DNA from: Anaerolineales bacterium
Lineage (GTDB): Bacteria; Chloroflexota; Anaerolineae; Anaerolineales; E44-bin32
Length of the DNA: 64,000 nt
Direction: 5' to 3'
NCBI GenBank assembly: GCA_036397095.1
Contig: DASWJQ010000057.1
Coordinates: forward strand, 3,399 to 67,398
Every line of letters starts with the position of its first letter. The first letter of the stretch is position 1. The notes beneath the pieces were generated by a model that saw nothing but the letters and a program-made list of their open reading frames with translations, was not told the origin of the DNA and made no database searches. Both the position numbers and the translations under genes were made by a program. Positions 19,142 to 29,130 of the stretch are shown piece by piece.

Positions 19142-20167
19142 GTGACCAAACGCTCCGCTCTCTACCGCCTCATGATCGGACTGGCCGTCCTTGGCTTGTT
19201 GACGGCCTGTGGCGGCGCCGCCCCGGCGCCGGAAGTCGGCCAGGACGATGGCCTGCTCAACGTCTTCGGCGCATTCGCAACCCCGATCGAAGAACCTTGG
19301 GACGGCGTCATCCATCAGGCGCTGCTCGAAGCCGAAGCAGCCGGCCGGATCAACTACGCGTACACCGATGACATCGGCTATGCCGGTGACATGGAACGTG
19401 TGCTGCGCGAGACGGCCGAGCAGCAGGCCCCCGATGTGATCTTTGGGGATGCCTTCGGCAACGAAGAAGCCGTCCGCCGCGTAGCGGCCGACTACCCCGA
19501 CATCGCCTTCGTCTTTGGCTCCGGCCTGGGACCGGCCGACCCCAACTTCGCCGTGTTCGACAACTGGATCCATGAACCCGCCTACATTGCCGGCATGCTG
19601 GCCGGTGGGATGACCGAGTCCAACACCATCGGCGTGGTCGGTGGCTACCCGGTGCCCGAGGTCAACCGCCTGACCAATGCCTTCATCCAGGGCGCCAAGA
19701 CGGTCAATCCGGAGGCCGAGGTGCTGGTCACCTTCATCAACAGCTGGTTCGACCCGGCCGCCGCCAAGGAAGCCGCGCTCGCCCAGGTTGATGCTGGCGC
19801 CGATGTGCTGTACGCCGAACGCTTTGGCGTTATTGAAGCCGCCGCCGAGAACGATCTGTGGGCGATCGGCAACATGAGTGACCAGAACGAACTGGCGCCC
19901 GACAACGTCCTCACCAGCGTGTCCTGGAACATGGGGCCCACGGTCGAATACGTCCTGACCCAGGTCGAGGCCGGTGTCTTCACGGCACAGGACCTGAAGG
20001 ACTTCAGCATGATGGCCAAGGGTGGCGCCAGCCTGGCACCGTACCATGGGACCGAGACCGCCATCCCGCAAGAATTGCGTGATCAGGTCGAGGCCCGCAT
20101 GCAGGAAATCGCCGACGGCTTGTTCCGCGTCGACATCGACGAAGCACAACCCAACCCGGTGAACTGA
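19142..20167 (+). CDS. BMP-family nucleoside/nucleobase ABC transporter substrate-binding lipoprotein
   Basis: Lipobox LLTAC; AYIAGMLAG; NAFIQGAK..NP; SWFDP; GADV. Confidence 0.9.
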   Translation: MTKRSALYRLMIGLAVLGLLTACGGAAPAPEVGQDDGLLNVFGAFATPIEEPWDGVIHQALLEAEAAGRINYAYTDDIGYAGDMERVLRETAEQQAPDVIFGDAFGNEEAVRRVAADYPDIAFVFGSGLGPADPNFAVFDNWIHEPAYIAGMLAGGMTESNTIGVVGGYPVPEVNRLTNAFIQGAKTVNPEAEVLVTFINSWFDPAAAKEAALAQVDAGADVLYAERFGVIEAAAENDLWAIGNMSDQNELAPDNVLTSVSWNMGPTVEYVLTQVEAGVFTAQDLKDFSMMAKGGASLAPYHGTETAIPQELRDQVEARMQEIADGLFRVDIDEAQPNPVN

Positions 20168-20187
20168 GCCCACACGAGGAGCGTACG

Positions 20188-20224
20188 AATCGGGGCGGCG
20201 AGGGCGGTCTTCGCCGCCCCGATT
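20188..20224 (+). terminator. Intercistronic stem-loop after the substrate-binding protein gene (mRNA stabiliser or partial terminator)
   Basis: AATCGGGGCGGCGAGG pairs with CTTCGCCGCCCCGATT. Confidence 0.65.
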
Positions 20225-20234
20225 GTTTGACCTC

Positions 20235-21740
20235 ATGAACATTATCGAAATGCGTTCCATCAGCAAGCGTTTTGGCCCGGTGCTGGCCAACGACGCCGTC
20301 GACTTCACTCTCGCCCAGGGCGAGATCCATGCGCTGCTTGGCGAAAACGGGGCGGGCAAGACGACCCTGATGCGCATTCTCTACGGCCTGTACACGGCCG
20401 ACAAGGGGGAGATCCTGGTCGGGGGCCAACCGGTCACCATCCACTCGCCCGGCGATGCCATTCGCGCCGGGGTTGGGATGGTGACCCAACACTTCACTCT
20501 GGTCGCGCCCTTGACGGTGGCCGAGAACGTGGTCTTAGGCCAGACCGACGGCTTCCGCCTCGAACCGGAGACCATCGAGCGCAAGGTCGGGGAGGCCGCC
20601 GAGCGTTATGGGATCGAGGTCGATCCGGCCGCTCAGATTCGCCATCTGTCGGTCGGTGAGCGCCAGCGTGTAGAGATCCTGAAAGCACTGTACCGCAATG
20701 CCCGCATTCTTATCCTGGACGAGCCAACCGCCGTGCTGGTCCCGCAAGAGGTCGACGTGCTGTTCGCCACGCTGGGCCGCCTGGTACGGGAAGGTCTTTC
20801 GGTCGTATTCATATCGCACAAACTGCACGAGGTGATGACGGTGTGCGACCGAATTACCGTATTGCGCAACGGCCAGGTTGTCGGCACCGTCCACAAGCAA
20901 GATACTTCGAAACTCAAGTTGGCCCGCATGATGGTCGGACGTGAGACCTTTGGCGTCGAACGCAGCCAACAGCCGATCACCGGCGAGCCACGCTTGCGCA
21001 TGGAGGGACTAAGCGCCCGGAATAGCAAGGGTCTGGAGGCGCTCAAGGGCGTTACTCTCACGGTTCGCTCCGGCGAGATCCTGGGGATCGCTGGTGTTTC
21101 CGGCAATGGCCAGACCGAGCTGGCAGACGTTCTGGCTGGGGTATTGGAACCCAGCACTGGCCGGATCATCGTCGGTGAGCGCGACCTGACAGGCTCGGAT
21201 GCCAGCCAGATCACCGCCGCCGGCGTTGGTCGCATTCCAGAAGACCGGCACAAGGGCGTAGTCGCAGAGTTGACTGTCGCTGAGAACCTGGCACTAGAGA
21301 ACCTCAGTGACTTTGTGCGTCAGGGACGCCTCGACCGAGAGCGCATCCGACAAAACGCCGAGCAATTGATCGGTGAGTACACCATCAAGGCCAGTCCGAC
21401 CGACCGCACGCGGACATTGTCCGGCGGCAACATGCAGAAGGTCATCCTTGCACGAGCGCTGGCTCGCAAGCCCCAGGTGGTCATTGCCTCGCAACCGACC
21501 CGGGGACTGGATGTCGGCGCCACCGAGTACGTTCGCCAGCGTTTGCTCGAAGAGCGCGACCGGGGTGCGGCCGTACTGCTCCTGTCGGAGGATCTCGACG
21601 AAATCATGTCCCTGTCCGACCGGATTGCCGTGATTTACGAAGGTCGGATTGTTGGCGTCATGCCGGCCGAGCAGGCCAGCGCCGACCGCCTCGGCCTGCT
21701 GATGTCTGGCGCCAAGGAGGCCAGCCTAGATGAGATTTAG
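20235..21740 (+). CDS. Nucleoside ABC transporter ATP-binding protein (two ABC domains, CUT2 type)
   Basis: GENGAGKT, LSVGERQRVEI, LILDEPT, LSGGNMQK, QPTRGLDVGA. Confidence 0.95.
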   Translation: MNIIEMRSISKRFGPVLANDAVDFTLAQGEIHALLGENGAGKTTLMRILYGLYTADKGEILVGGQPVTIHSPGDAIRAGVGMVTQHFTLVAPLTVAENVVLGQTDGFRLEPETIERKVGEAAERYGIEVDPAAQIRHLSVGERQRVEILKALYRNARILILDEPTAVLVPQEVDVLFATLGRLVREGLSVVFISHKLHEVMTVCDRITVLRNGQVVGTVHKQDTSKLKLARMMVGRETFGVERSQQPITGEPRLRMEGLSARNSKGLEALKGVTLTVRSGEILGIAGVSGNGQTELADVLAGVLEPSTGRIIVGERDLTGSDASQITAAGVGRIPEDRHKGVVAELTVAENLALENLSDFVRQGRLDRERIRQNAEQLIGEYTIKASPTDRTRTLSGGNMQKVILARALARKPQVVIASQPTRGLDVGATEYVRQRLLEERDRGAAVLLLSEDLDEIMSLSDRIAVIYEGRIVGVMPAEQASADRLGLLMSGAKEASLDEI

Positions 21741-22818
21741 GCTTGAGCGCTCGCCGGCGCCCTATTGGGTCCGCCCGCTAATCCCCGTCATTGCCCTGAT
21801 CATTACATTCCTGCTGACGGCCAGCCTGATTGTCTGGGCGGATGCCAACCCGTTTGAGGGCTACTACTACTTCCTAATTGCGCCGCTAGCCAACCGGGTC
21901 AGTGCCATCGAGGTGCTGGTCAAATCGACCCCCCTGCTGCTGACCGGTGCTTCGGTCGCCTTTGCCTTTGCCGCCGGCTACTGGAACATCGGCGCCGAGG
22001 GGCAACTTTACGCCGGCGCCATCGCCGCCACCTGGCTTGGCCTGACTCTTGATGGTGTGTCGCCGTTTATCGCCATTCCGCTGATGCTGATCGGTGGCTT
22101 TATCGCCGGCATGTTGTGGGCCTTGCCGCCGGTCTGGCTCAAAATTCGACTGAACGTTGACGAGATCGTAACCACACTACTGCTGAACTCCGTCATCCTC
22201 TTCCTGGTCAGCTTCCTGCTCAATGGTCCGTGGCGCGATCCAATTTCCGGCTGGCCGCAGTCGCCCGAGATCGCGGCGGCCACCGTCTTCCCCAAGCTCC
22301 TGCCCCGCGCACGGCTCCACCTGGGCTTCCTGGTGGCGATGATGGTCATCGGCCTGATGTGGTACGTGCTCAGCCGCACCCGGCTGGGTTTGACCATGCG
22401 AGCCGCCGGGCTGGGGCCGGAGGCCGCCCGCTACGCCGGCATTAATGTCAAGCGCACGCTGCTGACGGCGGCGTTGATCAGCGGGGGTATCGCCGGCCTG
22501 GCCGGCGTCAGCGAGGTCGCCGGCATCCACTTCCACTTGATCGAGGCGATCTCCCCTGGTTACGGCTACACCGGCATTGTGATCGCCACGTTGGGTGCCC
22601 TCAATCCGATCGGAGTAGCCATCGCCGGGCTGTTCATCGGGCTGATCGAGACCGGCTCGCAGAACGTCTCCCGAGCACTGGGTGTGCCGGCCTACCTGGG
22701 CGACGTAGTCCAGGCGACCTTGCTGTTGGTGACGCTGGCGGCGCTCGCCCTGCAGAACTTCCGCCTGCGGCTGCGGGCACCAGACGCCGCCGCCGAGCTG
22801 GCAGCTGAGGAGGCCTGA
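21730..22818 (+). CDS. Nucleoside ABC transporter permease 1
   Basis: WNIGAEGQ, EIVTTLLLN, GYGYTGI..A.LG..NP.G. Confidence 0.92.
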   Translation: MRFRLERSPAPYWVRPLIPVIALIITFLLTASLIVWADANPFEGYYYFLIAPLANRVSAIEVLVKSTPLLLTGASVAFAFAAGYWNIGAEGQLYAGAIAATWLGLTLDGVSPFIAIPLMLIGGFIAGMLWALPPVWLKIRLNVDEIVTTLLLNSVILFLVSFLLNGPWRDPISGWPQSPEIAAATVFPKLLPRARLHLGFLVAMMVIGLMWYVLSRTRLGLTMRAAGLGPEAARYAGINVKRTLLTAALISGGIAGLAGVSEVAGIHFHLIEAISPGYGYTGIVIATLGALNPIGVAIAGLFIGLIETGSQNVSRALGVPAYLGDVVQATLLLVTLAALALQNFRLRLRAPDAAAELAAEEA

Positions 22819-23729
22819 TGGAGGTCTTTGTAATCAGTCTGGTGGCGGCGACGCTGCGGGTGGCCACGCCGTTGATCTTTGGCACGCTCGGGGAGTTGTT
22901 TGCCGAGCGTGCTGGCATCCTCAACCTGGGGATCGAGGGCACAATGTTCTTTGGGGCCTTCGTCGGCTTCTGGGTGGCCCAGGTCAGCGAATCGCTGTGG
23001 ATCGGTCTGCTGGCCGCCGTGCTAGCTGGGATGGCCGCCGGCCTGCTGATGGCCGTCTTCTCGGTCACCTTGGGCGTCAACCAGCACGTTTCAGGACTCG
23101 GCATCACCCTGCTGCTGATCGGGCTGTCCCTTTTCAGCTTTCGGCTGATCTTCGGCGAGCCCCGGGTGCCACCCTCCATAAGACCCTTCACCCAGCTCAA
23201 CCCGTTCCCGGGGATCCCGCTGCTCGAACCGCTGTTTGAGCAGTACGCATTGACCTACGTGGCGCTGGCCCTGGTGCCCATGGTTTGGTGGCTGCTGTAC
23301 CGGACCGATTTTGGCTTGCGCCTGCGGGCCGTTGGCGAAAACCCGGAGGCGGTCGACGCCGCCGGCATTTCGGTCTTCCGGCTACGCTACCTGGCCCTGA
23401 CCATTGGTGGTGGGCTAATGGCTGCCGGCGGCGCGTTCTTATCGTTGGGCCAACTGGGCGCGTTCACGTATGGCATCATCGCCGGCCGTGGCTGGGTGTG
23501 CATTGCCCTGATCATCTTCGCACACTGGCATCCGGTCCGAGTATTGTGGGGGGCGCTGCTGTTCGGCGGGGTCTTTGCCCTGCAGTTGCGGCTGCAGATC
23601 GCCGGCGCCGATCTACCCTACGAGACCTTTCTGGCGCTCCCCTACGTCGTCACCATCATCGCCCTGGCCATCGCCGGCCGCGGGGCAGCCGCACCGGCCG
23701 CCCTCCTTCGTCCGTACAAACGGGAATAG
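22818..23729 (+). CDS. Nucleoside ABC transporter permease 2
   Basis: ERAGILNLGIEG, GLRLRAVGENP, AGRGW..IAL, LPYVVT. Confidence 0.92.
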   Translation: MEVFVISLVAATLRVATPLIFGTLGELFAERAGILNLGIEGTMFFGAFVGFWVAQVSESLWIGLLAAVLAGMAAGLLMAVFSVTLGVNQHVSGLGITLLLIGLSLFSFRLIFGEPRVPPSIRPFTQLNPFPGIPLLEPLFEQYALTYVALALVPMVWWLLYRTDFGLRLRAVGENPEAVDAAGISVFRLRYLALTIGGGLMAAGGAFLSLGQLGAFTYGIIAGRGWVCIALIIFAHWHPVRVLWGALLFGGVFALQLRLQIAGADLPYETFLALPYVVTIIALAIAGRGAAAPAALLRPYKRE

Positions 23730-23761
23730 GCGATCGATGGCTCGTTGCGGTCTAAAACCAC

Positions 23762-23792
23762 GCCCCATCAGGTCCGGATGGGGCATTTTGTT
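23762..23792 (+). terminator. Intrinsic terminator after the ABC operon
   Basis: GCCCCATC-AGGTCCG-GATGGGGC followed by ATTTTGTT. Confidence 0.7.
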
Positions 23793-23967
23793 GCTTTGTA
23801 GGACAACACCTGACGTACGGCCCAGCGCAAGGGTGACGACTGATACTCCAAGCTTGGCTTGCGTCTGGCTAGACTGAGCGTGATCGGCAGCGGGCTGAGG
23901 TGGCCCGCCGCCGGCCTTTCCTACGATGGCGCTGCAACGGCGCCGCCGATCCAGCGGAGGCAAGTAC

Positions 23968-25590
23968 ATGGGAGCCAATCTCGACTCACCCTCGGATAAC
24001 GGCAATAGCGCTGTTCCCGAGGCCGTCGAACCGCAGGGCGACCACCAGGACCTGCTGGCCGAACTACGCCAGAAGCGCCAGGTCATTCAAATGGCAGGCG
24101 GTGAGAAGCGCATCGAGGCCCAGCACGCCAAGGGCAAGCTGACGGCTCGCGAACGGCTGAGTCTGCTGCTCGACGAGGGGTCTTTCCACGAAATCGACGC
24201 TTACATGACCCAGCGCTTCTCTGATTTTGGCATGGCCGACAAGCGCCACCCGGGCGACAGCGTCGTCGCCGGCTTTGGCAAGATTGACGGCCGGCCTGTT
24301 TGCGTTTACTCGCAGGATTTCACGGTTCTAGGCGGCTCCTTTTCGGAGATCGCCGGGCAGAAGCTGGGCAAAATCATGGACATGGCGCTCGACGCCGGCG
24401 TGCCGGTGATCGGGCTGAGCGACTCGGGCGGCGCCCGCATCCAGGAGGGCGTTTACAGCCTGGCGGCCTATGGCGAGCTGTTCTGGCGCAACACGCAGGC
24501 GAGCGGCGTGGTGCCCCAGATCAGCGTCATGCTGGGCCCGTGCGCCGGCGGTTCGGTCTACTCGCCCGGTCTGACCGACTTCGTTGTCATGACCAAGGGC
24601 AGCAGCCACATGTTCATCACCGGCCCCGAAGTAATCAAGACCGTAACACGTGAGGAGGTCGATTTCGAGACCCTGGGCGGGGCCATCTCACACGCCAGCC
24701 TTAGCGGAGTCGCCCATCTGGTGGGCGATGATGAGCAGGCCTCGCTGGCCCTTGCCCGTCAACTTCTCAGTTACCTGCCATCGAACAACGCTGAGGCACC
24801 GCCAGCGGTCACACCCACAGATGACCCGTGGCGCATGGACCTGGCGCTCAACAGCCTGGTACCGACCGATCCAACCATCGCCTATGACATGAAGGAAGTT
24901 ATCGAGCGGGTCTTCGACCTGGGCAGCTTCTTCGAGGTTCATGCTTTGTTTGCGCCCAATGCCGTCGTTGGCTTTGCCCGCCTGCACGGCCAGGTCGTCG
25001 GCGTGGTCGCCCAACAGCCGAATGCGCTGGCCGGCGTGATCGACATCAACTCTTCGGACAAGATGGCCCGCTTCATACGCTTCTGCGACGCCTACAACAT
25101 CCCGCTGGTGACATTGGTCGACTCGCCTGGTTTCATGCCCGGCGTGGCCCAGGAGCATGGCGGCATCATCCGCCACGGGGCCAAGATTGTCTACGCGTAC
25201 GCGGAAGCGACCGTGCCCAAAATATCGGTGGTCACTCGCAAGGCGTACGGCGGCGCGTACATCGTGATGGGCAGCAAGCACATCCGCACCGACATGGTCT
25301 ACGCCTGGCCAACCGCCGAGATCGCCGTGATGGGCGCTGACGGGGCGGTCAACATTCTGTATGGCAGGGAACTGAAGACCTTTGAAGGCGACGCCGAGGC
25401 CGAACGGCAGCGGTTGGTCGATGAGTTCCGTGCGACCTTCGGCAAGCCGTACCGGGCGGCCGAGAGCGGACATGTCGATGAGATCCTGATCCCTGCAGAG
25501 ACCCGGCCGCGCTTGATCCAGACGCTCGAGCTCCTGCGAGACAAGCAGCAGACCCGGCGCCCGCGCAAGCACGGCACGATGCCTCTCTAA
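23968..25590 (+). CDS. mmdA: (Methyl)malonyl-CoA decarboxylase alpha subunit / acyl-CoA carboxyltransferase
   Basis: QHAKGKLTARER, DSGGARIQEG, GPCAGG, RKAYGGAY, RKHG..PL; SD GGAGG before the ATG at 23968; followed by delta, gamma and beta subunit genes. Confidence 0.88.
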   Translation: MGANLDSPSDNGNSAVPEAVEPQGDHQDLLAELRQKRQVIQMAGGEKRIEAQHAKGKLTARERLSLLLDEGSFHEIDAYMTQRFSDFGMADKRHPGDSVVAGFGKIDGRPVCVYSQDFTVLGGSFSEIAGQKLGKIMDMALDAGVPVIGLSDSGGARIQEGVYSLAAYGELFWRNTQASGVVPQISVMLGPCAGGSVYSPGLTDFVVMTKGSSHMFITGPEVIKTVTREEVDFETLGGAISHASLSGVAHLVGDDEQASLALARQLLSYLPSNNAEAPPAVTPTDDPWRMDLALNSLVPTDPTIAYDMKEVIERVFDLGSFFEVHALFAPNAVVGFARLHGQVVGVVAQQPNALAGVIDINSSDKMARFIRFCDAYNIPLVTLVDSPGFMPGVAQEHGGIIRHGAKIVYAYAEATVPKISVVTRKAYGGAYIVMGSKHIRTDMVYAWPTAEIAVMGADGAVNILYGRELKTFEGDAEAERQRLVDEFRATFGKPYRAAESGHVDEILIPAETRPRLIQTLELLRDKQQTRRPRKHGTMPL

Positions 25591-25600
25591 GGAGCCGGCG

Positions 25601-25954
25601 GTGGACCTACTGACCCAAGGACTTGTACTCAGCCTGACCGGCATTACGGTCACCTTCAGCTCGCTTGGGCTGTTCATCCTGATCATCGTCGGCCTGCAGC
25701 GGATATTTGGCGGGACAGGCCAGCCGCAGGCAGCCGCGCCCGCCGGCAACACCGTCACCAGCGTGCCGCTCTCGGCAGAGGAAGCAAAGGTGGCGGCCAT
25801 CGCCGTCGCCCTCGAACTGGCCCGCAGCCGCCAGCAGCTCGCCTCGGCGCTCGGCGCCAGCCTTGAGGCTGGCCGCGGCGCCTGGTGGCACCAAGCAGGT
25901 ATCCCGACGCCGCCCGGTGTGCGGCCCGGACCCAACGGGAGCCAATACCAATGA
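25601..25954 (+). CDS. mmdD: Na+-translocating decarboxylase delta subunit (OadG/MmdD family)
   Basis: Single N-terminal TM (G...TF..L), Ala/Pro linker, EEAKVAAIAVAL, W...G tail. Confidence 0.8.
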   Translation: MDLLTQGLVLSLTGITVTFSSLGLFILIIVGLQRIFGGTGQPQAAAPAGNTVTSVPLSAEEAKVAAIAVALELARSRQQLASALGASLEAGRGAWWHQAGIPTPPGVRPGPNGSQYQ

Positions 25955-26403
25955 GTCTTCAACGAAACCGCAGCTTTTCCTTGATCGTCAACGGTCAGGA
26001 ATACTGCGTCGAGATCGGCGACCTGACGGCTTCGCCGGCCGAAGTCTGCGTCAATGGCAACCCTTACCAGGTGAGCATCGAATCAATCGAGAGCCAACCG
26101 GTCACGGTCCAGCCCGTCGCCACAGCGACGGCCGTCGTCACACCGAACACCGCACCCCCGCCGAAGCCGGCCGCCCCGGTGATGGCCGGCGGAAACGACG
26201 TGCGGGCGCCCATGCCCGGCGACATCCTGAACATCGCCGTCAAGCCGGGCGACAAGGTGGTGATTGGCCAGCAGTTGTGCATGCTTGAAGCCATGAAAAT
26301 GAAGAGCGCCATCCGCTCCGCCCGCGATGCCGTCATCGCCAGCGTCGAAGTTGCCGAGGGCCAGGCCGTCTCCCACGGCGACGTCCTGATCACTTTCGAG
26401 TGA
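25951..26403 (+). CDS. mmdC: Biotin carboxyl carrier (gamma) subunit
   Basis: APMPG, LEAMKM biotinylation motif, Ala/Pro-rich linker; ATGA overlap with the upstream stop. Confidence 0.9.
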   Translation: MSLQRNRSFSLIVNGQEYCVEIGDLTASPAEVCVNGNPYQVSIESIESQPVTVQPVATATAVVTPNTAPPPKPAAPVMAGGNDVRAPMPGDILNIAVKPGDKVVIGQQLCMLEAMKMKSAIRSARDAVIASVEVAEGQAVSHGDVLITFE

Positions 26404-26410
26404 GGCCGGC

Positions 26411-27535
26411 ATGGACCTGACCTTCCTCAGCCAACTACTGCAAGCCCCGCTGGCTCTCACCTGGCAGAACCTGGTGATGATGGCCGCCGGCGGCGTGCTC
26501 ATTTACCTGGCGATCGCCAAGGAATACGAGCCGGTGCTGCTCCTCCCGATCGGTTTTGGCGCCATCCTGACCAACCTGCCGCTCACCGGCGTCACCACGC
26601 CCGAGGGCTTTCTCGGCATCCTGTACGCCGCCGGCATCCGCACCGAGTTGTTCCCCCTGCTGATCTTTATCGGCGTCGGCGCCATGACCGATTTTGGCCC
26701 GTTGCTCGAGAATCCGAAGATGGCGCTGCTTGGCGCCGCCGGTCAGATAGGCATTTTCGGCACCTTGATGCTGGCCCTGGTGTTGGGCTTCGACCTCAAC
26801 GAATCGGCTTCGATCGGTATCATCGGCGCCATCGACGGACCGACGGCGATTTACGTCTCGACCAAGCTGGCGCCCCACCTTCTGGGGCCAATCGCCGTGG
26901 CGGCCTACAGCTATATGTCGCTGGTTCCGATCATCCAACCGCCGGTGATGCGCGCGCTGACGACCGAGGCCGAACGCAAAGTGCGCATGCCCTACACGCA
27001 GACCGAGGTCAAGCGGGTCGTGCGCATTCTGTTCCCTATTGTTGTGACGGTGGTGATCTCGCTGATTGCGCCGGTCGCCTCGCCCCTGATCGCCGCCCTG
27101 ATGTTTGGCAACTTGATGCGCGAATCGGGCGTCGTCGATCGGTTGAGCAAGTCGGCCCAGAACGAAATTGCCAACGTGACCACCATCTTCCTGGGCCTGG
27201 TGATTGGCAGCACGATGACCGGCGCCAGCTTCATCCAGATGGACACGTTGCTGATCCTGGGCATGGGCTTGCTGGCCTTCGTGTTGGACACGGTTGGCGG
27301 CGTGCTGTTTGGTAAGCTGTTGTACCTGTTGTCCAACAAACAGTTCAACCCGCTGATCGGCGCCGCCGGCATCAGTGCCTTCCCCATGTCGGCCCGCATC
27401 GTTCAGCGGCTGGGCCAGGAGTACGACTTCGAGAACTTCCTGTTGATGCACGCCATGGGCGCCAACACCGCCGGCCAACTCGGCAGTGTCGTCGCTGGCG
27501 GCGTCGTCCTGGCCCTGTTGTCTGGCATGGGTTAG
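26411..27535 (+). CDS. mmdB: Na+-translocating decarboxylase beta subunit (OadB/MmdB family)
   Basis: YEPVLLLPIGFG, GAMTDFGPL, IGIIGAIDGPTAIY, AAYSYMSLVPIIQPP, AMGANTAGQLGS. Confidence 0.95.
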   Translation: MDLTFLSQLLQAPLALTWQNLVMMAAGGVLIYLAIAKEYEPVLLLPIGFGAILTNLPLTGVTTPEGFLGILYAAGIRTELFPLLIFIGVGAMTDFGPLLENPKMALLGAAGQIGIFGTLMLALVLGFDLNESASIGIIGAIDGPTAIYVSTKLAPHLLGPIAVAAYSYMSLVPIIQPPVMRALTTEAERKVRMPYTQTEVKRVVRILFPIVVTVVISLIAPVASPLIAALMFGNLMRESGVVDRLSKSAQNEIANVTTIFLGLVIGSTMTGASFIQMDTLLILGMGLLAFVLDTVGGVLFGKLLYLLSNKQFNPLIGAAGISAFPMSARIVQRLGQEYDFENFLLMHAMGANTAGQLGSVVAGGVVLALLSGMG

Positions 27536-27556
27536 CAAGAAGGTGAGGCCAGTCCT

Positions 27557-29107
27557 TTGACCGTCCGAACGATCGTCCACACCAGCGAATACCACGACTC
27601 GGTGTCCCTCATGCTTGTCGCCCGCGAGCTGGTCAAATTGCCCGGCGTTGAGGACGCGGCGGTGGTGATGGCCACCGAGGCCAACAAGGGCTTGCTGAGA
27701 ACGAGCGGCTTGCTGTCGCCCGAAGTCGAAGCGGCCACGCCCAATGACCTGGTGATCGCCATCAAGGGCGACGGCCAACTCGAAGAAGCCATGGCCGAAG
27801 CCGAGCAACTCTTGGCCAAGAAGGCCAGTTCCGAGGAAACGAGCGACTACCGGCCCAAGACCTTGCGGGGGGCCGTCCAAAGCAGGCCAGAGGCCAATGT
27901 TTGTGTGATCTCGGTCGCCGGCCGCTATGCAGCAGACGAGGCCTGGGATGCGCTGCGCAGCGGCCTGCATGTGCTGCTGTTCAGTGACAACGTGTCGCTC
28001 GAGGATGAGATCGCCCTCAAACAATACGCCCGCGCCAACGGGCTGCTGTTGATGGGCCCAGGCGCCGGCACCACCATCATCAACGGCGTGGCGCTGGGCT
28101 TTGCCAACGTCGTGCCAGACGGGCCCGTCGGCATTGTCTCAGCGGCTGGCACCGGCCTGCAGGAGGTCAGCACGCTGCTGGCCAAGCGCGGTATCGGCTT
28201 GACCCAAGGCCTCGGCGTCGGCGGCCGCGATTTGAAGGAAGACGTTGGCGGTTTGATGATGTTGTCGGCGCTGGAAGCGCTACAGGCCGATCCGGCCACC
28301 GAGGTGATCGTGCTGATCAGCAAGCCGCCATCGGAGGCGGTCAGCCAAAAGGTATTCGCACAGGTTGGCCAGAGCCCCAAGCCGACCGTGGTTTGCTTCA
28401 TGGGCAGTCTGCCTGATCTAACCGGCCTCAAGAACGCCGTGGCAGCCGCCACGCTCCACGAAGCCGCCCATCTGGCCGCCGTTGCTGGCGGGGCGAAACT
28501 GCCAAAACTCGAGCAGGCGCTCAAAGATGAGCAAGCCGAACTGCGCCTGGTGGCGGGCGAGCTGCGCCAGGGGCTGGCGACTGAGCAACGCTACTTGCGC
28601 GGGCTGTACTCGGGTGGAACCCTGTGCTACGAAACGCAGGTCATCCTGCGGCAGCGCGCCGAGGTCCAGGTCTTCTCCAACGCCCCGCTGGATACCGACA
28701 ACCAGCTGCCAGACTCAAACCACAGCCAGGGTCATGCAATGATTGACCTGGGTGAAGAAGAGTTCACCGTCGGCCGGCCACACCCCATGATTGACAACGA
28801 TTTGCGCATCCGCCGATTGCTGCAGGAAGCGGCCGATCCCGAAGTTGCCGCCATCCTGCTTGATGTTGTGATCGGCTACGGGGCCCATGACGATCCAAGC
28901 TCTGAGCTTGGACCGGCCGTCGCCAACGCCAAGAAGATCGCCACCGAAGCCGGCCGCCAACTGCCGGTGCTTGCTTCCGTCACCGGGACGGAGCAGGACC
29001 CGCAGGGGCTGAGCCGGACGCGGCACGCTCTTGAAGCCGCCGGTGTGGTTGTGCTCGACAGCAATGCGGCCGTCGCCCGGCTGGCGGCGCTGCTGGTATC
29101 GGTCTGA
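27557..29107 (+). CDS. fdrA: FdrA/YahF-family acyl-CoA synthetase-like protein
   Basis: YHDSVSLM, FSDNV, MGPGAGT, GTGLQE, GLYSGGTLC, GRPHPMID. Confidence 0.92.
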   Translation: MTVRTIVHTSEYHDSVSLMLVARELVKLPGVEDAAVVMATEANKGLLRTSGLLSPEVEAATPNDLVIAIKGDGQLEEAMAEAEQLLAKKASSEETSDYRPKTLRGAVQSRPEANVCVISVAGRYAADEAWDALRSGLHVLLFSDNVSLEDEIALKQYARANGLLLMGPGAGTTIINGVALGFANVVPDGPVGIVSAAGTGLQEVSTLLAKRGIGLTQGLGVGGRDLKEDVGGLMMLSALEALQADPATEVIVLISKPPSEAVSQKVFAQVGQSPKPTVVCFMGSLPDLTGLKNAVAAATLHEAAHLAAVAGGAKLPKLEQALKDEQAELRLVAGELRQGLATEQRYLRGLYSGGTLCYETQVILRQRAEVQVFSNAPLDTDNQLPDSNHSQGHAMIDLGEEEFTVGRPHPMIDNDLRIRRLLQEAADPEVAAILLDVVIGYGAHDDPSSELGPAVANAKKIATEAGRQLPVLASVTGTEQDPQGLSRTRHALEAAGVVVLDSNAAVARLAALLVSV

Positions 29108-29130
29108 CAGGGAGCAATAGATCAGGAGCC

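Noticed and set aside
23968..27535. Oxaloacetate decarboxylase or ATP-dependent propionyl-CoA carboxylase
   Set aside because: The alpha subunit is an acyl-CoA carboxyltransferase rather than OadA, there is no biotin carboxylase, and the membrane beta and delta subunits are present.
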